A DNA stretch of 64,000 nt from Guillardia theta CCMP2712 (lineage: Eukaryota; Protista; Cryptophyta), in contig NW_005434650.1 in the NCBI RefSeq assembly GCF_000315625.1, positions 338,005-402,004 on the forward strand, read 5' to 3'. Below the pieces are notes generated by a model. That model saw only the letters and a program-made list of their open reading frames with translations, did no database searches and was not told the DNA's origin. Every line of letters begins with the position of its first letter. Position 1 is the first letter of the stretch. Of the stretch, positions 1-10,569 are shown in pieces. The position numbers were made by a program, and so were the translations under genes.

Positions 1-330
1 CCATCATTTCTGCCTTCCTCGCGCACGCTATTTTTCTTCTGTTCTTTTATCTCTTCTCGAACATTACTCATGGCAGCTCTCTCCTTCACTTTCTGAACTC
101 CTTGTCCCGGAGCTATGCTGTGGCTGCAATTACTGCAGAGTTCAGCGTGTCTCCAGACTGCATTTTCACCCATGATAACCTTCCTCAGCCTATCTCTCAT
201 ACAGCAATAGGGTTTTTTGCTCATTCTCACTCACTGAAGCTTCTTTTGATGTCTTTCATACATAGTAGCTTTGTTCCTTGCTTTCGCTGGAAATCGCCAT
301 GCTCAAAAATTAATTAGCTCGATGATCATT
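1..330 (-). CDS. Possible 5' part of a spliced coiled-coil/charged protein running off the window
   Basis: Minus-strand reading near 1-60 gives REEIKEQKKIACARKAEMM; no recognisable domain; extent uncertain. Confidence 0.25.
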
Positions 331-1246
331 CGAAAATCGTTTACCTCACTAGAAATTTCATCGAAACAAATTGACATTAGCTTACCTTTATTCTGGTCTA
401 AAAGCGGGAATTGGTACTTATCCATTATTATTTTGACCGACTGCTTCCAACCGGCTAGTACCCACCTTAAATAGCTGAAAGTACCCACCAAAATATAAGC
501 TTTTTACCGGCTTCGAAAAAGTCAGTAGATGAAAACGTTTTTAAAATTGAAAGATTTCCCTTTCGATTTTTGACGTTTCGATATGAAGAGACAAGAGGTG
601 GAGAGAACTGGAAGGGATCTTTATCGCAGTTTAAAATGTTTTCCTCACCACCCCTAAGGATCAAGGGTAGGTTGGGACTACCCCATTTTTACAAATTTTG
701 AACACACCCTACCTACAACTTTATACGAATTATTTATGTTGTGTGACCGGTTATGAGATACCCAGCCCCACTTATTGTATACCCATCGCAAAGCACCACC
801 CCTGGTCCGTCAGTGCGGAATTTCCTGTATAAAAGATAAACCCAATAGCCCGTTCACAGCCTCCTCCTCCTCAAAGCCACTCACTCTCCCCGCTGACCTT
901 CACCTCTGTTCTCCTTTCTGTTCCTATCAACTCTCAACCCTCGCAGATACCATCATCTTCTCGTCCAATCAACCTCTGTCGTCCTGACTCTCTATCCTTG
1001 CTCTCCCTGAAGCTCGTCAACGTCAAGTCCCTTGGCTTAGAACCTGGAACCCCCTCTGCCGTTCTTTTCTGCCCGATCGTCAATAACTATCTTGCATCAA
1101 ATCTGGTCTTTCTCTCGAATGATCTTTGCCCTGGATTCATTGGTGAAAATTGAGTGCAATTAGATCAAGCGTGAGAAATTGAAACGTTTCTATCGTCAAC
1201 CAGCTGTGCTGCTTTCATAAGTTCCTGACAATAAGATCAACTTGCT

Positions 1247-1714
1247 ATGGTTTCTTGCAAGCAAACTGATAGTTCTCTTGATGAAGAAATTGCGAATATG
1301 CAATGTTCTTCTATGGATATTCAAAATTTCATGGGCGATGTTGACGTCATGGAAGAAATCGCGCTTGCGGACGCGAGAACGGATATCCCCGAGAGCAAAA
1401 CCAAAGGGAAACGCAGAGTGCAGAGAGCATGTGATGCATGCCGAAGAAAGAAAGTGAAATGCGAGGATACACGTCCATGCTCTAGATGTATCGAAGATGA
1501 TGATCATTGCCTGTCCAGCACAGACTTGAAGAAATCTCAGGAATCAACATGCAGCGACAACAAACCCCGCTGTCCCGTTTGCGAGGAATCTGCAAGCGGG
1601 TCACCAAGACCATGCTGGCGATGTGTTATTACAGGGAATGCTCCTGTCGACGAATTTAGCCTCGGTGGTGGTCCGGATGTACCACAGGACAACCTCTGTG
1701 ACGGACAAGCCTAA
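1247..1714 (+). CDS. Zn(II)2Cys6 binuclear-cluster DNA-binding protein
   Basis: RACDACRRKKVKCEDTRPCSRCIEDDDHC fits the Zn2Cys6 pattern; a second degenerate cluster CPVC...PRPCWRC follows; intronless ORF. Confidence 0.8.
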   Translation: MVSCKQTDSSLDEEIANMQCSSMDIQNFMGDVDVMEEIALADARTDIPESKTKGKRRVQRACDACRRKKVKCEDTRPCSRCIEDDDHCLSSTDLKKSQESTCSDNKPRCPVCEESASGSPRPCWRCVITGNAPVDEFSLGGGPDVPQDNLCDGQA

Positions 1715-2437
1715 GACTTGGAGCCGTCGTTGTGTTGTGTTTGAATATTACGTCCATCCTTTTATGTGCATGCGTTATGCTTACATATGACTAAGATTGA
1801 CATGGTTGTACTATACATCAAAATAGAAAAAAACCTCAACATGTCCAGTCAATCCATACCCGCACATGCACCATCTCTGGCGTTGTATGCCTCTATCCAC
1901 ATTCCTTGGCATTCCGCACTGGTTCTTGCAGGCACCATTACACTCTGTTGAACGTTGAAGTTGTTGAGCTTTGGGCTGCACGCTGATATTCAGGATTAAC
2001 CTACATCAAATTACGTCAGTGTTGCACGCACTTGCGCAACATCGTATCGGCCGTGCACTGGACGCCGCTGAGGACGATCATTCGCATGATTCTGCTTATC
2101 ATTCCCAGAGGAAGCCGAAGATGAATTGGTCCGTCACAGGACACAGGAGGGATAGTGAGGGGGGGCGACGCCAGGCAGCCAACTTCCTGCGCGACCTGTA
2201 CCTTGTCCGCTGCCCCTGCATTCCAGGAGCAGAGGACGGAAACGAAATTTTTACTACTGCAACGGGGCGTGACCTGAGACACACTGGTGGTTTCGGGTAA
2301 CACCGGGTCTGCTAGCTAGCATTTCATGCAGCACGGTACCGCACGTGAAGCTGTGAGGGGAGGACGAGGACGAGGAGGAGCGTGAGAGAAAGTGAGACGC
2401 ACGAAAAGGAAGAGCTGGACAGAAGATACAATCACGT

Positions 2438-2489
<52 letters not shown>

Positions 2490-2500
2490 AAGCAGGCAGG
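2438..2500 (+). repeat. (GCAG)n microsatellite upstream of DNMT2
   Basis: About 12 perfect AGGC units read directly, then a short imperfect tail. Confidence 0.95.
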
Positions 2501-2557
2501 GGACTCTACAATTGCAGGAAACAAGATAAGGGAAACGGGAACTTTTGGAGAGGAGAA

Positions 2558-4413
2558 ATGGCTGATGAGGGAACAAAAAAACATTCAATCCTTGAGTTCT
2601 TCTCGGGTATCGGAGGCATGCATTATGCAGCTGAAAACTGGTCTCGTGCGTCCTCTTCTTCGAGATCTGTGGAGATTGTGGCAGCGTTTGAAGTCAGCGA
2701 CGTATGCAATCTGGTTTACTCGAGCAACTTTGGAGAGAATCCGATACAAAGATCCATCGAGCACCTTGACGCCTCGTATCTGGATTCTTTTAATGCCGAT
2801 ACCTGGCTGATGAGCCCGCCGTGTCAGCCATACACCTCTATGGGCAAGCAGAAAGATGACCAGGTAAGGATTCAAGTAGTGGGAAGGTGTTGACCAGCTC
2901 TCAGGATCCTCGCGCTCGCGCTCTTCTTCATCTTTGCCAGGTTGTGCAAGACATGCAGAGACCTCCCAACTTCATTCTGCTTGAGAACGTCAACAACTTC
3001 CAGCACAGCAACAGTCATGACCGATGGCTTCAAGCGCTGGGAAGCATAGGTAGAAAGAGCATGTGCTTGCCTCAAGTTTGTTTGTTGAGCTGAGTTGAGA
3101 CTGAAAGGTTTCATGGTCCATGAGTTTTTGCTCTCCCCGACACAGTTTGGGATTCCGAACGAAAGGATAAGGTGAAGCGGAAATGGACCCTTGGCTGGTT
3201 GAAACGCTAACAGGTACTATGCTCTTGCCCGACGTATCGGGAAATCTTCGTGGAATCCAGACGACATTGGAAAGGTGAAGGTAGGAGGAACCTCTTGATG
3301 AGTTTTGAAAAGCTTTTGTACAGTTGCTTCGATACATCCCTGGTCGGGAAGATGTAGTTTGTGCAGCAGAGGAGGTCGAGGAGGTTGCAGGTGAAGACAA
3401 GGAGGAGGATAAGATGTCAAAGCATCGGGAGGGAGGACACGGCTTGATCTACGTGGACCTCAACAGAACGAGGGCAAGCATGTTCCAGCATTGCAAGTAG
3501 ATTTCCCATGAGCAACTTTCTGCAAGTTAAGTTTAATCTACAGGCCAATTGCAGCGTATCTTGACGAGTCCAGCCAAGTTGATTTAACCCCTTACATGGT
3601 TGCCGACAACGATCTCATGAAATGGAAGGTACTGCTGCCTCATCTCTTCTATTGCTCTCCCTCCATCCATCCCTCTCTCCCTCCCTCCCTCCCTCCCTCC
3701 CTCCCTCCCTCCCTCCCTCCCTCCCTCCCTCCCCTCCCTCTTTTCATTTCTTCTCTTCTCTTCTTCGTTTCTCTCATAGTGCCCCTCTCCAAGCTGCTCA
3801 CTGCACATCACCTTCCCTCCTCTACAACTTCAACACTCCATGCTCCTCTCCTCTCAGCACGGGCTGCAGGGCTATGTTTTCGACATCGTGACTCCAGAGT
3901 CTCGTCGATGTTCTTGCTTCACAAAGTCATACTCCAAGGTAACTTCCTTCCTTCGTGCCCTCGTGACTTCGCTCGCAGTATATCAGGGGAACCGGCTCGT
4001 TGCTGTCTACCAACTTCTACGACGAGGAGGGGAGGTTGAAGAAAATGAACTTCATTGTCCTGCCTCACTCTGGCTCGTCAAGGTGTATCTTCGACGTAGA
4101 GGATCCATGGAGCATTCAGGATCTCAACGCTATGCGGGGCCTCAAGCTTCGGTACTTCACCGAGGTAACGTGACAAGCACAAGACAGCAGCTGTTGAGGT
4201 TTCAAGCAGACTGAGGTGTCAAGGCTGATGGGATTTCCGGAGGAAAGGTTCAAGTTCCCGCAAGAGATGCTCTACCCCAAGTCGCGATTGGGTGAGGAGA
4301 CGGAGGGTCCGCAAGCTCGAGCGTGACGGGTTGCAGGTTATCGCATGTTGGGGAACAGTCTGAACGTGGAGGTGGTGGCGTCGCTCTTGGAGTATCTCTT
4401 CAAGGAAGATTGA
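2558..4413 (+). CDS. TRDMT1: tRNA (cytosine-5) methyltransferase DNMT2, multi-exon
   Basis: C5-MTase motifs in order across exons: LEFFSGIGG (I), MSPPCQPYT (IV), LLENV (VI), QFGIPNERIR (VIII), DNMT2-diagnostic CFT (SCFTKSY), LRYFT (IX), YRMLGNSLNVEVV (X); stop TGA at 4411-4413. Confidence 0.92.
3656..3740 (+). repeat. (CCCT)n microsatellite inside a DNMT2 intron
   Basis: Direct reading; lies within the long pyrimidine-rich intron starting GTACTG at ~3629. Confidence 0.9.
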
Positions 4414-4470
4414 GGGGTGAGAGGAAGAGTCTCAACGACACGGGAGAGCAATTAGAAGCCGTGATTGCCG

Positions 4471-6184
4471 TCAGCATTGAAAAAAGATCATCACTGCTAC
4501 TGTCACGTTGTCTTTGGATCCCCGCTCCAACGCCTGCTCGTTGATCATGACCCGCCTCCTCCTGCATGCTGCCTACCGTAGACGCGATCTCTCGTGCAGC
4601 TGCACGAGCCGCTCGCTCCCCTGCCGCGACCTTGTCGCCCATCACATCCTGCAACGGACGTCATACGACTAGCCCGATGAGGACACCATGAACCTCAGCC
4701 GGCAGGGCATGACGACGCGCAAGGTCGACCGCCTCCTGGTTGTTGAGAACATCCCAGACCTGGTCGAGTTCACGTTAGCCCTTACGAACGATGTCGATGC
4801 GTCATAGCAACCCCGTCGCATCCGATGATGAGGAACTCGTCATCAGCTTCGCTCACGTGCTCATCAGTCCTGCATCGGCTCGCTCGCCCTCCCTCTCCAT
4901 ACCGGTCAGCTTCGTGCTCGTCACGTCTGGAGTCCCTTCAACGTAGGAGACGGGGACCTGAGCTGAGATCAGCGGGGGGGGACAAGGGGGGAAGAGAGAA
5001 GTATTGATGACCTTCCACGGGACATCGCCGAGAGCTCTTGATACCGCAAGCCTGAAACGAAGCATCATGCCAGTCGTAAGATGAGGAGCTGAGAGATATT
5101 CACCCGCGAAATGCTGCGATGCCGCTGCCGCCTATTACCCTCCAGCATCCTCGCCATTCCACCTACGAGTGTTCAATTTTCGCTGGCGCTCGAGGCTGGA
5201 GGAACATACTCTGCCATCCAAGCTCTCGATGCGAGCTTTCTCTGACGGAAGGTCGGGCTTGTGATCCTCTGAGAGCGCCTGACATACTCAGATGAGCCCC
5301 AGCAGGCCACGGGACCTTCACTGGACCTGTGCGAAGCCATTGCGGCAAAGAACTGCTCGACTATCCCCCAGGTTGGCGACGTGAAGAACGTCTCCCAGCA
5401 GGAGGGCAACATTGGCCGTCGAACCTGCAACAAGAAGAATCAGCAGCCATAGGAGCGACAGGCTCACATGCCTCCGCTCAGACTTCCTTCCATCGTTAAC
5501 GACATGATCTCTGAATCTAGTTTCTCGAACGCGTTTATCAAAGACTTCTTCACTGCCTGTTCTTAGCGTGAGCAGCTCTAAACTCGCAGTCACTTGATGC
5601 ACCTGGGTGTCAGGAGTGAGAGGGCTGCGATACCATGCTTCCAGCGCAAGCAGCGCCGGCATCCTTCCAGCTGCGTAGTCAGAGATCTGCGATCCGCTAT
5701 GCCCATCAAAAACAGCACAGAAAGCTCTCGCTCCTGAGAGCTTCTCTTCGATCGACTTGGGATAGAAGTCAGGCACGAGGACATGCTTGTCCTCCATCTG
5801 CGGTCTCAACCCCTGTTCCTCTGCAGCTCCCATACACACCAACTTGCATCTGAACGGCAGGTTCGTGGCAGGCGCGGGTGCTGACGCGCATGCCTGCTGG
5901 ACCTTGTTGGCGGCGATGTGGTCGAGCTCGCCGAGGAGATCTTCAATCTCGTCGCCTACGTCACTTTGATCCCAGCTCGCCTCCCTCTTGGGAGGTGCAG
6001 GCGCCTTCAACAGGACGGAAGGGACGGCAGGAGCGGGAGGAGCGGAGGGAGCGGAGGGAGCGGAGGGAGCGGGAGGAGCCTGATGTTTCGGGGTGTTGTT
6101 GATTGTCTTCCATGGGCGGATGGGAGAGCTTTCGATGTCATCTAGCTCTGACAAGAGTTTGTCGTATTCGTTTTCTTCTTCCAT
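4471..6184 (-). CDS. PP2C/PPM-family Ser/Thr phosphatase, multi-exon
   Basis: QGLRPQMEDKH, AVFDGHSG, GSTANV, HVANLGDSRAVLC, LAVSRALGD, C-terminal ALERGSKDNVTV; Pro/Ala-rich N-terminal linker encoded by 9-bp repeats at ~6030-6080. Confidence 0.92.
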
Positions 6185-6438
6185 CGCTGCACTAGCGCGC
6201 CATTCCCTGTAGGATATCTATCAGACTCCTCCCCCTCCTACCCTTCACTGTTCCAAGTCCTTCCTCTCCTCCCTCTCCTTCCTCCCATCACCTGACTGTT
6301 CGCCTCCCTCTCCTCCTCATCTCTCTCCACCCTCTCCTCCCTTGCTCCACTCATGACATGATTCCGCCCCCGGTCAGGGCAAACATTGACCACCCCTCCG
6401 GAATGTCCCCTCCTCCCCCTCCTTGCTGCTCGCTCACA

Positions 6439-6447
6439 GCCCAGCTC
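6439..6447 (+). repeat. Left target-site duplication GCCCAGCTC
   Basis: Identical to 10420-10428 and abuts the left TIR. Confidence 0.9.
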
Positions 6448-6462
6448 CACGGGGGTGGAACT
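6448..6462 (+). repeat. Left terminal inverted repeat (15 bp)
   Basis: CACGGGGGTGGAACT; imperfect match to the right end continues about 8 bp inward. Confidence 0.93.
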
Positions 6463-6651
6463 CCTCTTTTACCGGTATTAGGACGGGTACTTTTCCAATC
6501 CTTTTTACAGGGGTGGGGTAGTAGAATTTGTTGGGAATCGCAATGGCGATCCCGCGACAAACTGTTTCGAGGATGAATATCTCAAGAATGAAAATCTGTA
6601 CAATGCAAAACAAACATTTTGTATTTAGAGATACATACAAATTGTCATTCT

Positions 6652-9600
6652 CTATACTTGTTCGCTTTGTACACGTCTTAATTTTTGACATTTTGTCCTT
6701 TCTATCTCTTCTTCCGTAGACTTACAACCAGACAAAGTTCGTAAACCCTGAAATCTAGGCATTTGTCCTGTGAATCCTCCTCGTGTATCCAAAGATTGAG
6801 TATGTATACGTTTCCGAGATCGAGGTTGGGACCTGCACTCATTCTCTTTGTCCCGTGTTCCTTCCTCTGCGTTGAAAAGCGTCTTCTCCCCGCGTGGTCT
6901 GCTAAGAATGATTCGCTTTTTTGAGTGGTCATACACAAAAGGCAGATTGGGATCGAATTTTTTTGAGAGCTCAGTGCATGCTTTGTTGAATTTCCTCAAG
7001 AAATCTTTCTTGTTCAAATGACCTATCAAAGACCAGAGGTTTTCAACGCTGTCTGTGCAGAGCGTCCGTGCATTGAAGTCATACTCCTTTTCACCCAACA
7101 CACCTTTGTTGTTGCTCAAATAACTCTGTATCTGTAGATGTGTGTCCATGGCTACAATCAGTCCTTCGAAGGTTACAGATGACAACCCCCTCATGTGCCT
7201 CTTGCCCACCCTCATCCAATCCACATCTCTTAGAAGCCAGGTTCGAGCTCTAAGAATGAGATTTCTTCTTTCAGACTTGGTGAGGCCTCTCTCGTCGAAA
7301 GCTCTGTGAAGGCCGTTCATTGCTTCTGCCATTCTTGCTGTTTCAATGTGTCCCTCTGCATTCAGAAGCGATATGGCCTTGCTGCTGAACATTTTTAACA
7401 TGATATCCACTGATTGAGGGTCCGTGCACCCATCGACTTCCAGCTGCGTTAGCCATGACGAATTCTTCTTGGAAATATCAGTGTACGCAGCATGCCATGT
7501 TTTAGCCTCTTGCTGTGCAGTCGGGTTTCTCCCCGAGCCAACCGTGTGCCTGACATTCTTCAGTAAATGATTGATACATGGCGCAAAGAAAAGTAGCTTC
7601 TTCGTGGTTGGAGAGATAACAGGGTTTGACAGGTACTCGTTGAATTGAAACCTAATCTTGTTTGGATCAAATTCTTCCAATCCATCTGTGATCAATCGTT
7701 CGAGCTCCCAAGGCGTGAATTTGGCTGTTTCATTCTCTGCAACCCCTTGTTGTATAATGCTATCATATCCATACCGTCGGCAGAAGATGTGGATTCTGCT
7801 GTACATCTCGTTCAAACAGGCCTTAGTTCTGGTGGCAGGAGAACACTGCAATTTCTTTTCTCTCTGGACCTGCCATATCAATTGGTTCCTCCTCAAACTC
7901 AAGACGAATTTCTCTATTTGGGCAAACTCTGCAGTGTTCATGTGCATTATTCCAGATCGAGTTCGAATTGTCACTTGGGACAAGTCAGGTCCATCATATT
8001 GGTTCATATTCAGCAAATTGCATTCTCTCTCTACTTCCTGTGCAGTAATGGCTGGTTCAAAGTCGAATACGCATGAAATGTATGATGCGATCTCTGAGCA
8101 TATCTGTGATATGCTCAGCTTCTGGGCCTCTTGTTTGATAGCCTTCACCTCCGTTATGAATGTGCTTGGATTGTTCACGTAGTAATTCCTGTATATGCAA
8201 GAAAACTCGCCGTCAAAAGACCAGACATTGAAAATAATTCCACGCTCGTGAGCCTCCTTTGTAACGGCTTCCAATATTCGAAGACCTTCAGAGGCACTTA
8301 AACTTTTGGTTGAAAAACCAATGTACATGGGGACAGGGGGTGTGCTCGCACATCCATCTTGTGCAACCACACTGATGGCATCTTCAGCCAGTTCAGCAAC
8401 TGTATGCTTGTAAAATTTCTCATTGTACTTGTACAACTCGTTTTGAAGTTCTGATTCGTTGACAGGCAGATCGCCATTCGCCATTCCCTCCAGTTTTCCT
8501 ATCAATCGAGGAATTTCTACATCCATCTGTTCACAGCCTTCAATTACTGTCTTGAGGTAACGTTGATGTGGTGTGAACCTGACATCCTCTGGAGATTCGC
8601 CTCCGGTTCTATGCTTGGCAACAAATGCATTTCGAACCTTCTTGTATGCTTGCTCCATATCACTCTTCCTCTGATGCACACTCTGTTGATCGGATCTCAA
8701 CATGCCAACCAGCTGTTCGCTGATATAGTGTTCTGTCTTTCCTGTCAAACAAAACTTTTCCTTGCGATCTTCAAGCAGGTCAAGTCGCTGAGCCAAGTCA
8801 GGTTCATGACTTGTTATACCCCCCAGATCTGCTTCACATTCCTCAAACACAGAACAAAATCCTGCATTTATCATTGTTTTGTCGATCGCACAACAGTTCA
8901 CTCCAGTCTGACAATGCTCAGGATTCATTCGACGGAATTCATCCATCATAAATGTGCACACTCTGGACCTATCATTGCCATGCAGTTTCATGAGATGCCT
9001 ATCTCGTTTCTGAAGAGTGGATGTGGATGGCAGAGGTAAGTTGTGTAACATCTGGTCCGCATCAAAAGTTCCAGTATTTTTGTTCCCCGGCCCTGTGAGC
9101 AAGCGATATAGACCTGAGGTGCCGACATTCCAAATTGATGCAGCGAAACTCATGACTTGCTCAGAGTATCGCATGCCTCTAGTGTCCTTTGTTCGAAAGC
9201 CTTGTCGTATCCAGTCGCTCACTATGAATGGCATGATGGGGTGTTTGCTCTTCATGCCATCTCCTTCCTGACTGGCGAACATTACGACATCTGAAACTAT
9301 GTCGGGAAGCTCAGCAGAACGGAGGTTATCCATCGCCCTTTCAACATGGCAGATGGTGAGAAAGCACTTGGCAGTAGGACTTTCGTCATTGGATTCTTCA
9401 AGAGACTCATGCTCTTCAAGAATGCTTCGGATGAAATCACGTCTATCCTCCAATGGCATTGACTTGAAGTTCTCGCACATTGTATGTGCGAGGAGAGCGA
9501 ATGCTGTTTTGATATTGCTGTTCTGGTCTTGGCCAATATGTTCAGGCCTTACATACCTGCATGTGGCATGTCAGTGCTCTGGTGCATTCCAGCTCGCTGG

Positions 9601-10194
9601 TTACCTTGAGTGATAATCGTGTATTTGCTTTTGTAGCTCGTCAACAGTGTCATAGTGCGAAGTGGCCCAATGTCTGATTTTCTTACACAATGCCTTTTGC
9701 TTTTGCCGATGATTCTTTACTTGAATTCGAAGCTTTTGCGCGTCTATGTGCAGCTGGAATTGATCATGATGCATTTTGGCATCTGCTCCTTGTTGAAACG
9801 AGGTGAAGTAATGAAGGAAACAATTTTTGAAGCCCTCTGCATTCTGTCCAAAGAGGTCACCTAGAAGCGTCAACTTTGCTCGCACATGAGAAGTGTTGAT
9901 GGTGTGCTGGCTCAGCTTGAGATAACTAGCCGCTACTTGTAGCAAGCTATCATCCGCGTCGCTTATCTTCAACGTTGCGTGCCCGATGTTTTGCAGAAAA
10001 TGTAACAATTTCAGCACCAATGCGTCAGTGAACACTGCATAATCCTGTACAGTTTTCAAGTCGATGTCTTTGAAAGCCCGTCGACAACGTGAACAAGCTT
10101 TGATGCAGTGTTGAGGGATCGTCCGAATACTGTTCGTACTGTATCTCGTCTTACAAATAGGGCATTCCTCTCTGTCTGCTGTCGTCTTGCTCAT
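6652..10194 (-). CDS. P-element/THAP9-like DDE transposase, 2 exons (10194-9605, 9556-6652), ~1,164 aa
   Basis: A 48-bp intron at 9604-9557 (GTAACC...CTGAC...GCAG) joins ORFs 9601..10314 and 6652..9480 in frame. P-like motifs: RYSEQVMSFA...LYRLL...LPLPSTSTLQ; AIDKT (D1); SFDGE (D2); CINHLLKNVR; QSVDIMLKMFS; TDSVENLWS (E). An alternative ATG exists at 10314. Confidence 0.85.
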
Positions 10195-10404
10195 GGCAAG
10201 GATGCAGTGCAGATTGCCCGCCAAAATTCGGATTTGAATTTCTCCCCATGGCGCGTCATAGATCTTGCATCGTTGCCTTATACCCCCTGCATGACCACCG
10301 CCCTCGATGTGCATCGCGGTCGATGGGAGGGGTATTTAACTGAAAATTAGTACCAGGTATGGGCTAGAGGCAGTGGTTGGCCCGCGGATGAGATCGAATA
10401 TAGT

Positions 10405-10419
10405 AGTTCCACCCCCGTG
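10405..10419 (-). repeat. Right terminal inverted repeat (15 bp)
   Basis: AGTTCCACCCCCGTG. Confidence 0.93.
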
Positions 10420-10428
10420 GCCCAGCTC
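10420..10428 (+). repeat. Right target-site duplication GCCCAGCTC
   Basis: Identical to 6439-6447. Confidence 0.9.
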
Positions 10429-10569
10429 CCTACCCCTCCCTTTTCCCTGTCCTCTGCCTCTCACTGAACATGTCTCCACGCCCTTCCCCTCCTACTCCTT
10501 CCTCCTCCCCTCTCATCTTCTAAAGCATGCTGAGTTGCAACACAAATTCCAAGACAAGGCAGCACTTGC

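Larger units (their letters stand above)
6448..10419 (-). mobile_element. Complete 3,972-bp DNA transposon, P-element-related
   Basis: TIR CACGGGGGTGGAACT (6448-6462) is the exact reverse complement of AGTTCCACCCCCGTG (10405-10419); flanked by the direct repeat GCCCAGCTC; encloses an intact DDE transposase gene. Confidence 0.93.

Noticed and set aside
2316-4039. ORFs with PACL, GRQA, PPSL or GGRE repeats
   Set aside because: Translations of the (GCAG)n and (CCCT)n microsatellites in upstream or intronic DNA
6448-10419. Transib/RAG-like or Fanzor/TnpB identity suggested by the CAC termini and two ORFs
   Set aside because: The TSD is not 5 bp, the motifs are P-like, the two ORFs splice into one gene, and no RuvC-type motifs were seen
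2558-10419. DNMT2 plus transposon as a linked defence or methylation system
   Set aside because: DNMT2 lies outside the TIRs with PP2C in between, and it is an ordinary tRNA methyltransferase; proximity is likely chance
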